NCBI GenBank assembly: GCA_050949565.1
Contig: JBMNFY010000017.1
Coordinates: forward strand, 1,024,001-1,088,000
Source of the DNA: Kiritimatiellia bacterium
Lineage (GTDB): Bacteria; Verrucomicrobiota; Kiritimatiellia; RFP12; UBA1067
Direction: 5' to 3'
Length of the DNA stretch: 64,000 nucleotides
The notes under the pieces were generated by a model, which was not told the origin of the DNA, did not search any database, and worked only from the letters and a program-made list of their open reading frames with translations. Each line of letters begins with the position of its first letter. The first letter of the stretch is position 1. Of this stretch, positions 31,433 to 40,203 are shown one piece after another. The translations under genes and the position numbers were made by a program.

Positions 31433-32587
31433 TCAATCGTCGTCGTAACCGGCCGTCGTCGTGGCGGCGATCAATGCGCGGTAGCCCTTGGCGAGTTGCT
31501 CGCACACATGATCCACGGTGAACCGGCTCAACACGCGCGCGCGCCCCGCAGCGGCAAGGGTGGCGGCGCGGGCGGGGTCGTCCAGGAGCGCCAGCGCTTC
31601 GTCGGCCATGCGCAACGGATCGCCGCCACGCACCAGAATGCCGGAAACGCCGGACTCAATGATCAAGGCGGGACCGGCTGACTCAGCGGCGATGACAGGA
31701 ACCGAGGCGACCATCGCCTCGCAGACGGCGCGTCCGAAGGGTTCGTCCTTCGCGGGGTGGAGCATCAGATCAAAGGCACTCAAGATCTGCGCGGCATCGT
31801 CGCAGTCACGGACCCAATGGAACTGATCGCCGATCCCGGCGGCCGCCACCATCTCTTCAAGCTGCGCGATCCACCGCGCATGCTCATTGAAAAGGTCACG
31901 CCCGACCACCACGAAATGCACGTCTGGCCTTTGACGGTGGATCTCTGCCGCGGCCGTAATAAAGGCGTCGTGCCGCTTCCAAGGGATAAGGTGCGCCACC
32001 ATGCCGACGATCGGCCCCTCAGCGGGCAGCCCGAAACGCTGACGCGCGGCGGCACGGGACACAGCGGTGAAGCGTTCCGGATCGATCCCATTGTGGACCA
32101 CGCGGATCCGGCCGAGGATGCGTGGCGAAAGGATTTCCACCAGGTATTCATCCACCGCGCCCGAGACAGCAATGATGCGCGAGGCCCTCTTTGCCGCATC
32201 GCGAGCGACCACGGTCGGCAGCCGTACGTCGCGCACATGCCACACCAACGGGATGTTTGATGAGATTGTGCGGGACGCGAGAAAAGCGGGAAGGCTGTTG
32301 GCGTGAACGATATCCGGCTTGACGGTGTGGGCAATCCGGTAAATCGTACTGGGTGCGCGCATCAGCTTAGCCGCCGTTGAGAAAAGGCCCCGCCCGCGCC
32401 GCGACGCACGCAATGGCGATACAGGAAAAACCGCGACACCGCTTGCCGACAAGCGGTCAAACAAGGGTCCCTGCGGAACGGCAGCTACAACCTCAACTCC
32501 GTGCGACGGCAATCGGGCACACACTTCGAGCAGACTGTACTGCGCACCCCCCAGTTCAGAAACTAGGTCAACCCACAACACACGCAT
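31433..32587 (-). CDS. Glycosyltransferase family 4
   Basis: GGAQ, VHNGID, WKRH and EPFGRAVCEAM motifs; its last ~186 bp are also present in each 729-bp unit. Confidence 0.9.
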   Translation of the reverse strand: MRVLWVDLVSELGGAQYSLLEVCARLPSHGVEVVAAVPQGPLFDRLSASGVAVFPVSPLRASRRGRGLFSTAAKLMRAPSTIYRIAHTVKPDIVHANSLPAFLASRTISSNIPLVWHVRDVRLPTVVARDAAKRASRIIAVSGAVDEYLVEILSPRILGRIRVVHNGIDPERFTAVSRAAARQRFGLPAEGPIVGMVAHLIPWKRHDAFITAAAEIHRQRPDVHFVVVGRDLFNEHARWIAQLEEMVAAAGIGDQFHWVRDCDDAAQILSAFDLMLHPAKDEPFGRAVCEAMVASVPVIAAESAGPALIIESGVSGILVRGGDPLRMADEALALLDDPARAATLAAAGRARVLSRFTVDHVCEQLAKGYRALIAATTTAGYDDD

Positions 32588-32719
32588 AGAAGGGAAATGA
32601 TACCAAATCATCCCCAAATTCAAAAGTCGGAAATTGAAAAATGAGTTCACTCCGTAGTAAACGATATTGCTCTATCCGGCGCAACGGCAAGCACAAGGCA
32701 ACGCAGAACGCCTTCATCA

Positions 32720-33477
32720 TCACGGCACCCAATCAAGCCAGACACAGAACCGCCACTTGTTTTCATGCCAGAGAACCGTGACATTGCCCCAATCTTTGTC
32801 CCCCCCCCCGCCGATGGGCTTGATTCGGGAACCTGCATCCACAAATTGGTGGCCGCTGGCCCATCGGAGCTATATGTGAACCCGAGAATGCTTGGCGGAT
32901 AATACGTCTGGTCACACAAGTCCGACATGATTTGCGGTGCAAGATTGACGATCGCGTTTGACTCGGCATTCGCGTCCGGGAGGGCATTCTTAAACATAAT
33001 GTAGTCGGGCAAAGCATTTGACGACATGCCAGGAAAGTTCGTTGACGAGACGAACGCCACAAACTCATAGGCTGCGGCCACGATGTTTGAGTTCGCGGCG
33101 GCGAACGCGAAGGCGTTGGTGTAGGCGTCGCTGAGTTTTTTGGGGATATGTAAAGCCAGACCTGCTGCACCGCTTGACACGACGTTGTCGGGGAAGTCGA
33201 TTGTCTCTGGATAATACGGGGTAATGTCTGGATTGTGAAGATGCGCGACAAAAGCGGGGTCATCAGCACCCAGCCTGAACTGCGTCGCTTTTCCCCACTC
33301 ACTCAAGCATATCCGCAAATCAGCCGTGATCGCCGACTTAGCCGATTCGGAAAGATTGGTGTCAGCAAACGCGAGGTTGATCGCGTTTGAGTGTGTCCCG
33401 TAATAAACGACATTGCTTTGGCCGGTGCAGTAGCAAGCACAAAGCACGGCGGCAATTAAAACGGTCGGTGTTTTCAT
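32720..33477 (-). CDS. Exported partner/immunity-like paralog 6; frameshifted at a G10 run (32800-32809)
   Basis: Shared signal peptide and SDAYTNAFAFAAANSN core; the shifted frame gives DKDWGNVTVLWHENKWRFCVWLDWVP*, matching the family C-terminus. Confidence 0.75.
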
Positions 33478-33480
33478 GGG

Positions 33481-34230
33481 TTATTGCGGTAGCTCATAAT
33501 GCGGATTCTTTTCCCAAATGCTGAATTTCCACTTCCCGTCATGCCAGATGGCGGTGACTGGCCCCCATTCGATATATCCGCACACGGGGGATGACGAGGG
33601 GATGTAGAGCCACAGATTGGTCGGCGCCGGCCCTTCTGGACTGTAGTGGAAGCCGAGAACGCTCGGCGGATAGTAGGATGACCCATGAACGGAATTTGTC
33701 AGGTCGTGGAACGCCAACTGATATAACTGCGGTGTGGCTTGGTTGAACAGGAAGTAATTTGCTATTTGGTTGGAGGTGACGCTTAAAAAATTGGTTGAGG
33801 AGACGAATGCCACGAATTCATAGGCTGCGGCCACGATGTTGGAGTTGGCGGCGGCGAACGCGAAGGCGTTGGTGTAAGCGTCGCTGAGTTTTTTGGGGAT
33901 ATGTAAAGCCAGACCTGCTGCACCGCTTGACACGACGTTGTCGGGGAAGTCGATTGTCTCTGGATAATACGGGGTAATGTCTGGATTGTGAAGATGCGCG
34001 ACAAAAGCGGGGTCATCAGCACCCAGCCTGAACTGCGTCGCTTTTCCCCACTCGCTCAAACACACCCGCAAATCAGCCGTGATCGCCGACTTAGCCGATT
34101 CGGAAAGATTGGTGTCAGCAAACGCGAGACTGATCGGGCTTGCGTTCGTCCCGTAGTAAACGACGTTGCTCTGCCCGGCGCAATGGCAAGCACAAAGCAT
34201 AACGGTAATTAAAACGAATTTCGTTTTCAT
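33481..34230 (-). CDS. Exported partner/immunity-like paralog 5
   Basis: Family motifs QSNVVYYGTNAS, CLSEWG, SDAYTNAFAFAAANSN and WHDGKWKF. Confidence 0.8.
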   Translation of the reverse strand: MKTKFVLITVMLCACHCAGQSNVVYYGTNASPISLAFADTNLSESAKSAITADLRVCLSEWGKATQFRLGADDPAFVAHLHNPDITPYYPETIDFPDNVVSSGAAGLALHIPKKLSDAYTNAFAFAAANSNIVAAAYEFVAFVSSTNFLSVTSNQIANYFLFNQATPQLYQLAFHDLTNSVHGSSYYPPSVLGFHYSPEGPAPTNLWLYIPSSSPVCGYIEWGPVTAIWHDGKWKFSIWEKNPHYELPQ

Positions 34231-34242
34231 GTCAGTATTCCC

Positions 34243-34581
34243 CTATGGCAGAACAGGGCGTCTTTTGACGTACTTGTCTGTGTTGGGCCCCACGTAAATG
34301 CAGGGGCGGTTGAGATTGCGGTTGATGTCCGTGGACAGCACCGGATTGCCATCAAGTTGCAAAGCGCGGATGAACGGATAAACATCTTGATCTCTGTGGC
34401 TTTTTGCTGACGAGGGTATCCCCAGTGAATCGAATGGTGCGTACAGGTCGGCTGTCCCTGCCGCGATCGGAGCAGTAATGAGTTGTCCTTGGTCGTCATA
34501 CATCGCCTGGTGCCCATGCTTGTCGGACACCGGGTTTGAACGCATCTCGTACTTCGCGTCATGGTGCAAATACGTGTCCAT
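34243..34581 (-). CDS. Orphan C-terminal module (AMOP-like putative toxin tip), nearly identical to the tip of 38073-40193
   Basis: LHHDAKYEMRS...HGHQAMY...AGTADLY...HRDQDVYPF...DKYVKRRPVLP. Confidence 0.75.
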   Translation of the reverse strand: MDTYLHHDAKYEMRSNPVSDKHGHQAMYDDQGQLITAPIAAGTADLYAPFDSLGIPSSAKSHRDQDVYPFIRALQLDGNPVLSTDINRNLNRPCIYVGPNTDKYVKRRPVLP

Positions 34582-34616
34582 GGGTTAAAAAACAAAAAAA
34601 CAGGTGTCTTGCGTTC

Positions 34617-35393
34617 TCACGGCATCCATTCATTCCAAGAACAAAACACCCATTTGCCATTGTGCCAGAGAACGGAATAACCTGACCACTCCATCATATT
34701 GTTAGAGGGAAGTGTCGAACTTGGAATATTTAACCACAGATTGGAGGCCGAAGGTCCCTCTGGGCTATAATAGAAACCCAGAACACTCGGAGTGTAAAAG
34801 GTCTGGTAGCATAACCCCGGAATGATTTGCGATGCAAGGCGAACGATCTCGTTTGACTCGGTGATGGTTTCGGAATACTTGTTTTTAAGCAGGATGTAGT
34901 TCGGCAAAGCGTTCGACGAGAGGGAAACAAAATTACTGGATGAAATGAACGCCACGAACTCGTAGGCGGCGGCCACGACGTTGGAATTTGCGGCGGCGAA
35001 CGCGAAGGCGTTGGTGTAGGCGTCGCTGAGTTTTTTGGGGATATAAAGGGCGGGGCCTGACGGGGTGTTTGTGACACCTTTAGGAAATTCAATGTTTTCT
35101 GGATAATGCGGGCTGATGGAGGGACGTTCAAGATAGCCGATCAGTCCCGGCTCATCGGCACCGAGATCAAGGCTTAAGTACGTCTCTTTGCCCCATTCGC
35201 TCAAACATATCTGCAAATCAGCCACAATAGAAGCCTGCGCTGACACGGAAAGGCTGGCGTCAGCAAACGCGACATTTATCGGGCTTGCGTTTGTCCCATA
35301 GTAAACGACGTTACTCTGTCCGTGACACTGATTGACCAGTAACAACACGGATACGAAGAGGATGGAAGGACTAACTGTTTTTTTGATTTTCAT
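34617..35393 (-). CDS. Exported partner/immunity-like paralog 4
   Basis: Family motifs; distinct signal peptide; start overlaps the stop of the upstream orphan tip. Confidence 0.8.
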   Translation of the reverse strand: MKIKKTVSPSILFVSVLLLVNQCHGQSNVVYYGTNASPINVAFADASLSVSAQASIVADLQICLSEWGKETYLSLDLGADEPGLIGYLERPSISPHYPENIEFPKGVTNTPSGPALYIPKKLSDAYTNAFAFAAANSNVVAAAYEFVAFISSSNFVSLSSNALPNYILLKNKYSETITESNEIVRLASQIIPGLCYQTFYTPSVLGFYYSPEGPSASNLWLNIPSSTLPSNNMMEWSGYSVLWHNGKWVFCSWNEWMP

Positions 35394-35758
35394 CGTTGTT
35401 TTCCTGTTGGTAAAACGGGGCGCCTTTCGACGTACTTGTCCGTGTTGGGTCCCCTGTAAATGCAGGGGCGGTTGAGATTGCGGTTGATGTATCGAGGGAG
35501 CACCGGATTGCCATCGAGTTGCAACGCTCTAAGAAACGGTTGGACATCTTGTTTCAAATGCTTATTCCCTGTCCTTGCGCGCAACGTGTCGTTGGCATGG
35601 TATGGAGCCGCAATATCCGCCGTTCCTGCGGCGATGGGAGTTTCAATCAGCACGCCATTCGCATCGTATGTGGCCTGATGGCCATGCCCACCTGAAATAG
35701 GACCCGAGCGCATCTCGTACTTCGCGTCATGGTGAAGGAAGGCGTCTTTCGTTCTCAC
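35390..35758 (-). CDS. Orphan C-terminal module, divergent variant
   Basis: FLHHDAKYEMRS...HGHQATY...AGTADIAAPYHANDTLRARTGNKHLKQDVQPF; possible GTG start overlapping the upstream TGA (GTGA). Confidence 0.7.
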   Translation of the reverse strand: MRTKDAFLHHDAKYEMRSGPISGGHGHQATYDANGVLIETPIAAGTADIAAPYHANDTLRARTGNKHLKQDVQPFLRALQLDGNPVLPRYINRNLNRPCIYRGPNTDKYVERRPVLPTGKQR

Positions 35759-36498
35759 GGCACCCAACTGTCCCAGATGCAGAACTTCCATTTGTTGTCA
35801 TGCCAGATGGCAGGAAAGGCATTCCATCCTTTCTCATCCATATAACGAAGAGGGATCGAGCAAGGAACAAGCATCCATAAATTTGTAGCGGCAGGCCCCT
35901 CGGCACTGTATTGAAAGCCCAGAATGCTGGGGGGGTAAAACGTTTGACACCGTAACTCGGATATGGTCTCCTGTGCGTCGGCAATAATCTCGTTCGAAGT
36001 GGTGTTTTTTTGCAGGACATAATTAGGAAGGTCATTGGAAGAAATGGCAACAAAGTTGCTGGAAGAGACGAACGCCACGAACTCGTAGGCGGCGGCCACG
36101 ATGTTGGAATTTGCGGCGGCGAACGCGAAGGCGTTGGTGTAGGCATCGCTGAGCGCCTTGGGAATCTGCAGTGCGGGGCCTGACGGGGTGTTTGTGACAC
36201 CATCAGGGAAGTCAATGCTTTCTGGATAATGCGGGCTGATAGAAGGACGTTGAAGGTAGCCGATCAGCCCCGGCTCATCGGCACCAAGATCAAGACTTAA
36301 ATACGTCTTTTTGCCCCACTCGCTCAAGCATATCTGCAAATCAGCCACAATGGAGGCTTTTGCCGACACGGAGAGGTTTGGGTCAACGAATGAGACGCTA
36401 ATCGAACTTGCATTGGTTCCGTAGTAAACGACGTTACTCTGTCCGGCACAATGGCAAGCACAAAGCACGGCGACAATTAAAGCACTCGTTGTTTTCAT
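35755..36498 (-). CDS. Exported partner/immunity-like paralog 3
   Basis: Family motifs. Confidence 0.8.
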   Translation of the reverse strand: MKTTSALIVAVLCACHCAGQSNVVYYGTNASSISVSFVDPNLSVSAKASIVADLQICLSEWGKKTYLSLDLGADEPGLIGYLQRPSISPHYPESIDFPDGVTNTPSGPALQIPKALSDAYTNAFAFAAANSNIVAAAYEFVAFVSSSNFVAISSNDLPNYVLQKNTTSNEIIADAQETISELRCQTFYPPSILGFQYSAEGPAATNLWMLVPCSIPLRYMDEKGWNAFPAIWHDNKWKFCIWDSWVP

Positions 36499-36510
36499 GT
36501 CGGTATTTCC

Positions 36511-36570
36511 TCAAGGCAGAACCGGGCGTCTTTCGACGTACTTGTCCGTGTTTGGCCCCGTGTAGATGCC
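36511..36570 (-). pseudogene. 19-codon stub of the tip domain (GIYTGPNTDKYVERRPVLP*)
   Basis: Manual translation; followed by the same ggaaataccgacATG linker seen after the full-length gene. Confidence 0.8.
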
Positions 36571-36581
36571 TTTCAGGATTC

Positions 36582-37313
36582 TCAATCGCGCCATACGCAG
36601 AATTTCCATTTTCCATCATGCCAGATGGCGGAGAAGGCATGCCATCCTTTCCCGTCCATATAACGAAGAGGGATCGAGCACGGAACAAACATCCATAAAT
36701 TTGTAGCGGCAGGCCCCTCGGTACTGTATTGAAAACCTAGAATGCTGGGGGGGTAGTACGTTTGACACCGTAACTCGGATATAGTTTCCTGTGCATCGGC
36801 AATAATCTCATTTGTGGTGGTGTTCTTTTGCAGGACATAATTGGGTAGGTCGTTAGAGGAAATCGCAACAAAGTTGCTGGACGAGACAAACGCCACAAAC
36901 TCATAGGCCGCAGCCACGATATTGGAGTTCGCGGCGGCGAACGCGAAGGCGTTGGTGTAGGCATCGCTGAGTTTTTTGGGAATATGCAGGGCATAGCCGC
37001 ATAAATCGCTGGACACAACATTATCAGGGAAGTCAAGCGTTTCAGGATAATATGGTGTGATCTTGGGATTGTAAAGATGCGCAACAAAAGCGGGATCATC
37101 AGCGCCAAGCCTGAACTGCGTCGCTCTCCCCCACTCACTCAAGCATATCCGTAAATCCGATGTGATGGCCGATTTAGCGGATTCTGAAAGATTGGTATCT
37201 ACAAACGCGAGGCTGATCGGGCTTGCATTTGTCCCATAGTAAACGACGTTACTCTGTCCGGCACAATGGCAAGCACAAAGCACGGCGACAATTAAAACGG
37301 TCGGTGTTTTCAT
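36582..37313 (-). CDS. Exported partner/immunity-like paralog 2
   Basis: Family motifs. Confidence 0.8.
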   Translation of the reverse strand: MKTPTVLIVAVLCACHCAGQSNVVYYGTNASPISLAFVDTNLSESAKSAITSDLRICLSEWGRATQFRLGADDPAFVAHLYNPKITPYYPETLDFPDNVVSSDLCGYALHIPKKLSDAYTNAFAFAAANSNIVAAAYEFVAFVSSSNFVAISSNDLPNYVLQKNTTTNEIIADAQETISELRCQTYYPPSILGFQYSTEGPAATNLWMFVPCSIPLRYMDGKGWHAFSAIWHDGKWKFCVWRD

Positions 37314-37319
37314 GGGGTG

Positions 37320-38060
37320 TTACGGTCGAGTATAAAAGGGATTCTTTTCCCAAATGCTGAATTTCCACTTTCCGTCATGCCAGATGGCGGTGACTGGCCC
37401 CCATTCGATATATCCGCACACGGGGGATGACGAGGGGATGTAGAGCCACAGATTGGTCGGCGCCGGCCCTTCTGGACTGTAGTGGAAGCCGAGAACGCTC
37501 GGCGGATAGTAGGATGACCTGTGGACTGAATTTGTCAGGTCGTGGAACGCCAACTGATATAACTGCGGTGTGGCTTGGTTGAACAGGAAGTAATTTGCTA
37601 TTTGGTTGGAGGTGACGCTTAAAAAATTGGTTGAAGAAACAAACGCCACAAACTCATGGGCTGCGGCCACGATGTTGGAGTTGGCGGCGGCGAACGCAAA
37701 GGCGTTGGTGTAGGCATCGCTGAGCGCCTTGGGGATATGCAGAGCCAAACCTGATGCGCCGTTTGACACAACATTTTCAGGGAACATTATGTCTTCGGGG
37801 TAATGCGGACAGTGGGTAGGGTTGTCGATGTATCCGACATACCCCCCCTCGTTCATCATGCGCAATTCGCCCTTCCCCCACTCACTCAAGCATATCCGTA
37901 AATCCGCCGTGATCGCCGATTTAGCGGATTCTGAAAGATTGGTATCTACAAACGCGAGGCTGATCGGGCTTGCATTTGTCCCATAGTAAACGACGTTACT
38001 CTGTCCGGCACAATGGCAAGCACAAAGCACGGCGACAATTAAAGCACTCGTTGTTTTCAT
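37320..38060 (-). CDS. Exported partner/immunity-like paralog 1 (cognate, directly downstream of the full-length gene)
   Basis: Family motifs; starts 12 bp after the stop of the 706-aa gene. Confidence 0.8.
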   Translation of the reverse strand: MKTTSALIVAVLCACHCAGQSNVVYYGTNASPISLAFVDTNLSESAKSAITADLRICLSEWGKGELRMMNEGGYVGYIDNPTHCPHYPEDIMFPENVVSNGASGLALHIPKALSDAYTNAFAFAAANSNIVAAAHEFVAFVSSTNFLSVTSNQIANYFLFNQATPQLYQLAFHDLTNSVHRSSYYPPSVLGFHYSPEGPAPTNLWLYIPSSSPVCGYIEWGPVTAIWHDGKWKFSIWEKNPFYTRP

Positions 38061-38072
38061 GTCGGTATTTCC

Positions 38073-40193
38073 TTAAGGCAGAACCGGGCGTCTTTCGACG
38101 TACTTGTCCGTGTTGGGTCCCCTGTAAATGCAGGGGCGGTTGAGATTGCGGTTGATGTCCGTGGGCAGCACTGGGTTACCATCAAGTTGCAAAGCGCGGA
38201 TGAACGGATAAACATCTTGATCTCTGTGGCTTTTTGCTGACGAGGGTATTCCCCGTGAATCGAATGGTGCGTACAGGTCGGCTGTCCCTGCCGCGATCGG
38301 AGCAGTAATGAGTTGTCCTCCTATGTTGTACATCGCTTGGTGCCCATGCCCGCCGGACGTCGGTTTTGAACGCATCTCGTACTTCGCGTCATGATGAAGG
38401 AAGGTGTTTTTCGCTTCGGGAGCATGCCATCGTCCGCCGATGCCGAAAGGATTGGGTTCCGGATCGACGGCATTTGTGGTTCCATTGGAAATATTGATGG
38501 TGATGCTGGCAAACGGGCGCGGCAGGTTTGTCGTCCAACTGATGTCGGCGTTTTGCGCGTACCAATCATCGAATTTTGCCTGTGTGTCAGACCTGTTGAC
38601 GACCACCCAAAGCTTGTCGAAAATAACGCCTGGTTCCGAATCATTGGGCTTGTAGTGCAGCTTGACCAGCGAAATGGCGGGCTTAAATTCCTTAGGATTT
38701 TCGCCAAAGATCAGTTCGCCGTTGCCGTTGACCGTCAGGTTGTCGGAGGTGAAGCTCAGCTTGTCAATATTAGGCATGTTCAGATAGCAGTCGTCCAGCA
38801 GGTCGAACAAGTCAATCTTCTCGCCGGCGCTCCAGACCACGCCGAGGCAGTGCTCGGTGGGGTTGAGGTCGGTCTTGTCGGGCCCGATGTAGGGGAAGAT
38901 GTTGCGGGTGTTGACGGCGGAGTGACTGAAGCCGATGTCCCAACGCGGCCCGCCGTCACAGATGCAGCCGATCCCGCCGCAAAGGGATGAATCGTGGTAA
39001 CCCGGCTCGTGCCAATAGTTTTGTTCCGCGCCGAAGACCCCGCCGACGGCCTCGCACAGCCTGACCCGGAAGATGACCCTGCCGTGCAGGAAGGGGTAGG
39101 CCGCGTTCGCCACGGGCTGGGTCACCGTGCACTCGATGCAGGGCTGCCGCGCAAAGAAGGTATCCAGCGCGTCCTCTTTGGGGATGAGCGGGGTGTCGCC
39201 CTTGACGCCGTTCATCGCCATGCTGACGGTATCGCAGCCGATCATCGCGTAATCCGGCCAGGTGCACGAGTCATTTTCGCACAGGCAGTACCAGCCGCTC
39301 CCGCCCAGGAACACTGTGCCATCCGTCATGCGCAGGGGCTGGACCGTGACGGACGGGGCCGGTGTATCCAGAGGGCGGACGGGACCGGCGGGCGGCGGCG
39401 CGAGCAGGAGGAGGCCGTTCACGCTGTCCGGGTTGCCGGGCGGGGGCGGCGGCGTCTGGCCGGCCGTGAAAACGACGGTGTTGGCGTGCGCCGGAAGGAC
39501 GGACATTTCGCAGAGCCACGGCCCGTTGGTCGCGCCGGGGAGTTCCGCGAGCGTTCCGGGCAGGGGGTCGAGCGTGAGCGTGACCGGCCCGCCGTAGGCC
39601 GCCCGGAGGCGCACGCGGCCGGTCCCGGCCCGGACCGGGAAGCTGTTGGTCGTGAGCGCGTCGCCCACCGTGAGCCACACGGGCCGGTCGGTGCGCGTCT
39701 CCAGCCAGAAATCCACGGTGCCCGCCTCCTCCGAGTAGGGCGGCGTGTTGTAGACGAATCCCGAGTAGGCCACGGCAAAACCCTCCGTGTTGGTGGCGGT
39801 CAGCCTCTGCCACGTCTGCGCGTCCCAGCCCAGCCACGCCAGCCACTGGGCGTGGCTGACCGTCGGCACGACCCGGAAGGCGGCGTCCAGCCCCGCGCCG
39901 CGCTTCTCGAGGTCCGACCAGCCGTCGCCCATGGTCGAGAAGGTGCGCGGGTCGGAGCCGAAGGCGAACTCCTCCAGGTCGGTCAGCCCGTCGCCGTCCC
40001 GGTCGAGGTGGGAGTCCGCGACGGCCGGGTCGCTGAACGTCCTCCGCTCCCAGGCGTCGGGGATGCCGTCGCCGTCGGTGTCCGCCGCGGGCAGCCCCGC
40101 GTCCTGATACCACTGGGGAAGGGCGGCCCGCCCCGGCAAGACCGCGGCCAGCAAACCGGCCGCTGCGCAACAGATTGGAAGCATGGTTTTCAC
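38073..40193 (-). CDS. Exported polymorphic-toxin-like protein: DxDGDG Ca-binding repeats, Cys-rich trunk, AMOP-like C-terminal tip
   Basis: Signal peptide, DTDGDGIPDAWE and DRDGDGLTDLEE, GSDP, Cys clusters; tip repeated downstream as orphans. Confidence 0.7.
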   Translation of the reverse strand: MKTMLPICCAAAGLLAAVLPGRAALPQWYQDAGLPAADTDGDGIPDAWERRTFSDPAVADSHLDRDGDGLTDLEEFAFGSDPRTFSTMGDGWSDLEKRGAGLDAAFRVVPTVSHAQWLAWLGWDAQTWQRLTATNTEGFAVAYSGFVYNTPPYSEEAGTVDFWLETRTDRPVWLTVGDALTTNSFPVRAGTGRVRLRAAYGGPVTLTLDPLPGTLAELPGATNGPWLCEMSVLPAHANTVVFTAGQTPPPPPGNPDSVNGLLLLAPPPAGPVRPLDTPAPSVTVQPLRMTDGTVFLGGSGWYCLCENDSCTWPDYAMIGCDTVSMAMNGVKGDTPLIPKEDALDTFFARQPCIECTVTQPVANAAYPFLHGRVIFRVRLCEAVGGVFGAEQNYWHEPGYHDSSLCGGIGCICDGGPRWDIGFSHSAVNTRNIFPYIGPDKTDLNPTEHCLGVVWSAGEKIDLFDLLDDCYLNMPNIDKLSFTSDNLTVNGNGELIFGENPKEFKPAISLVKLHYKPNDSEPGVIFDKLWVVVNRSDTQAKFDDWYAQNADISWTTNLPRPFASITINISNGTTNAVDPEPNPFGIGGRWHAPEAKNTFLHHDAKYEMRSKPTSGGHGHQAMYNIGGQLITAPIAAGTADLYAPFDSRGIPSSAKSHRDQDVYPFIRALQLDGNPVLPTDINRNLNRPCIYRGPNTDKYVERRPVLP

Positions 40194-40203
40194 GTCATCG
40201 CAC

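Larger units (their letters stand above)
28703..31618. repeat. Four apparently identical tandem copies of a 729-bp unit
   Basis: Units start at 28703, 29432, 30161 and 30890; the ORF track repeats at 729-bp offsets. Confidence 0.97.

Noticed and set aside
28703-31618. CRISPR array or integrative element at the tRNA repeats
   Set aside because: Units are 729 bp and identical with no unique spacers; no cas or integrase gene; the tRNAs are complete copies, not att fragments.
32720-38060. DGR- or invertase-driven (shufflon) diversification of the partner paralogs
   Set aside because: Differences are block-wise and not adenine-specific; all cassettes are co-oriented and no recombinase is adjacent.
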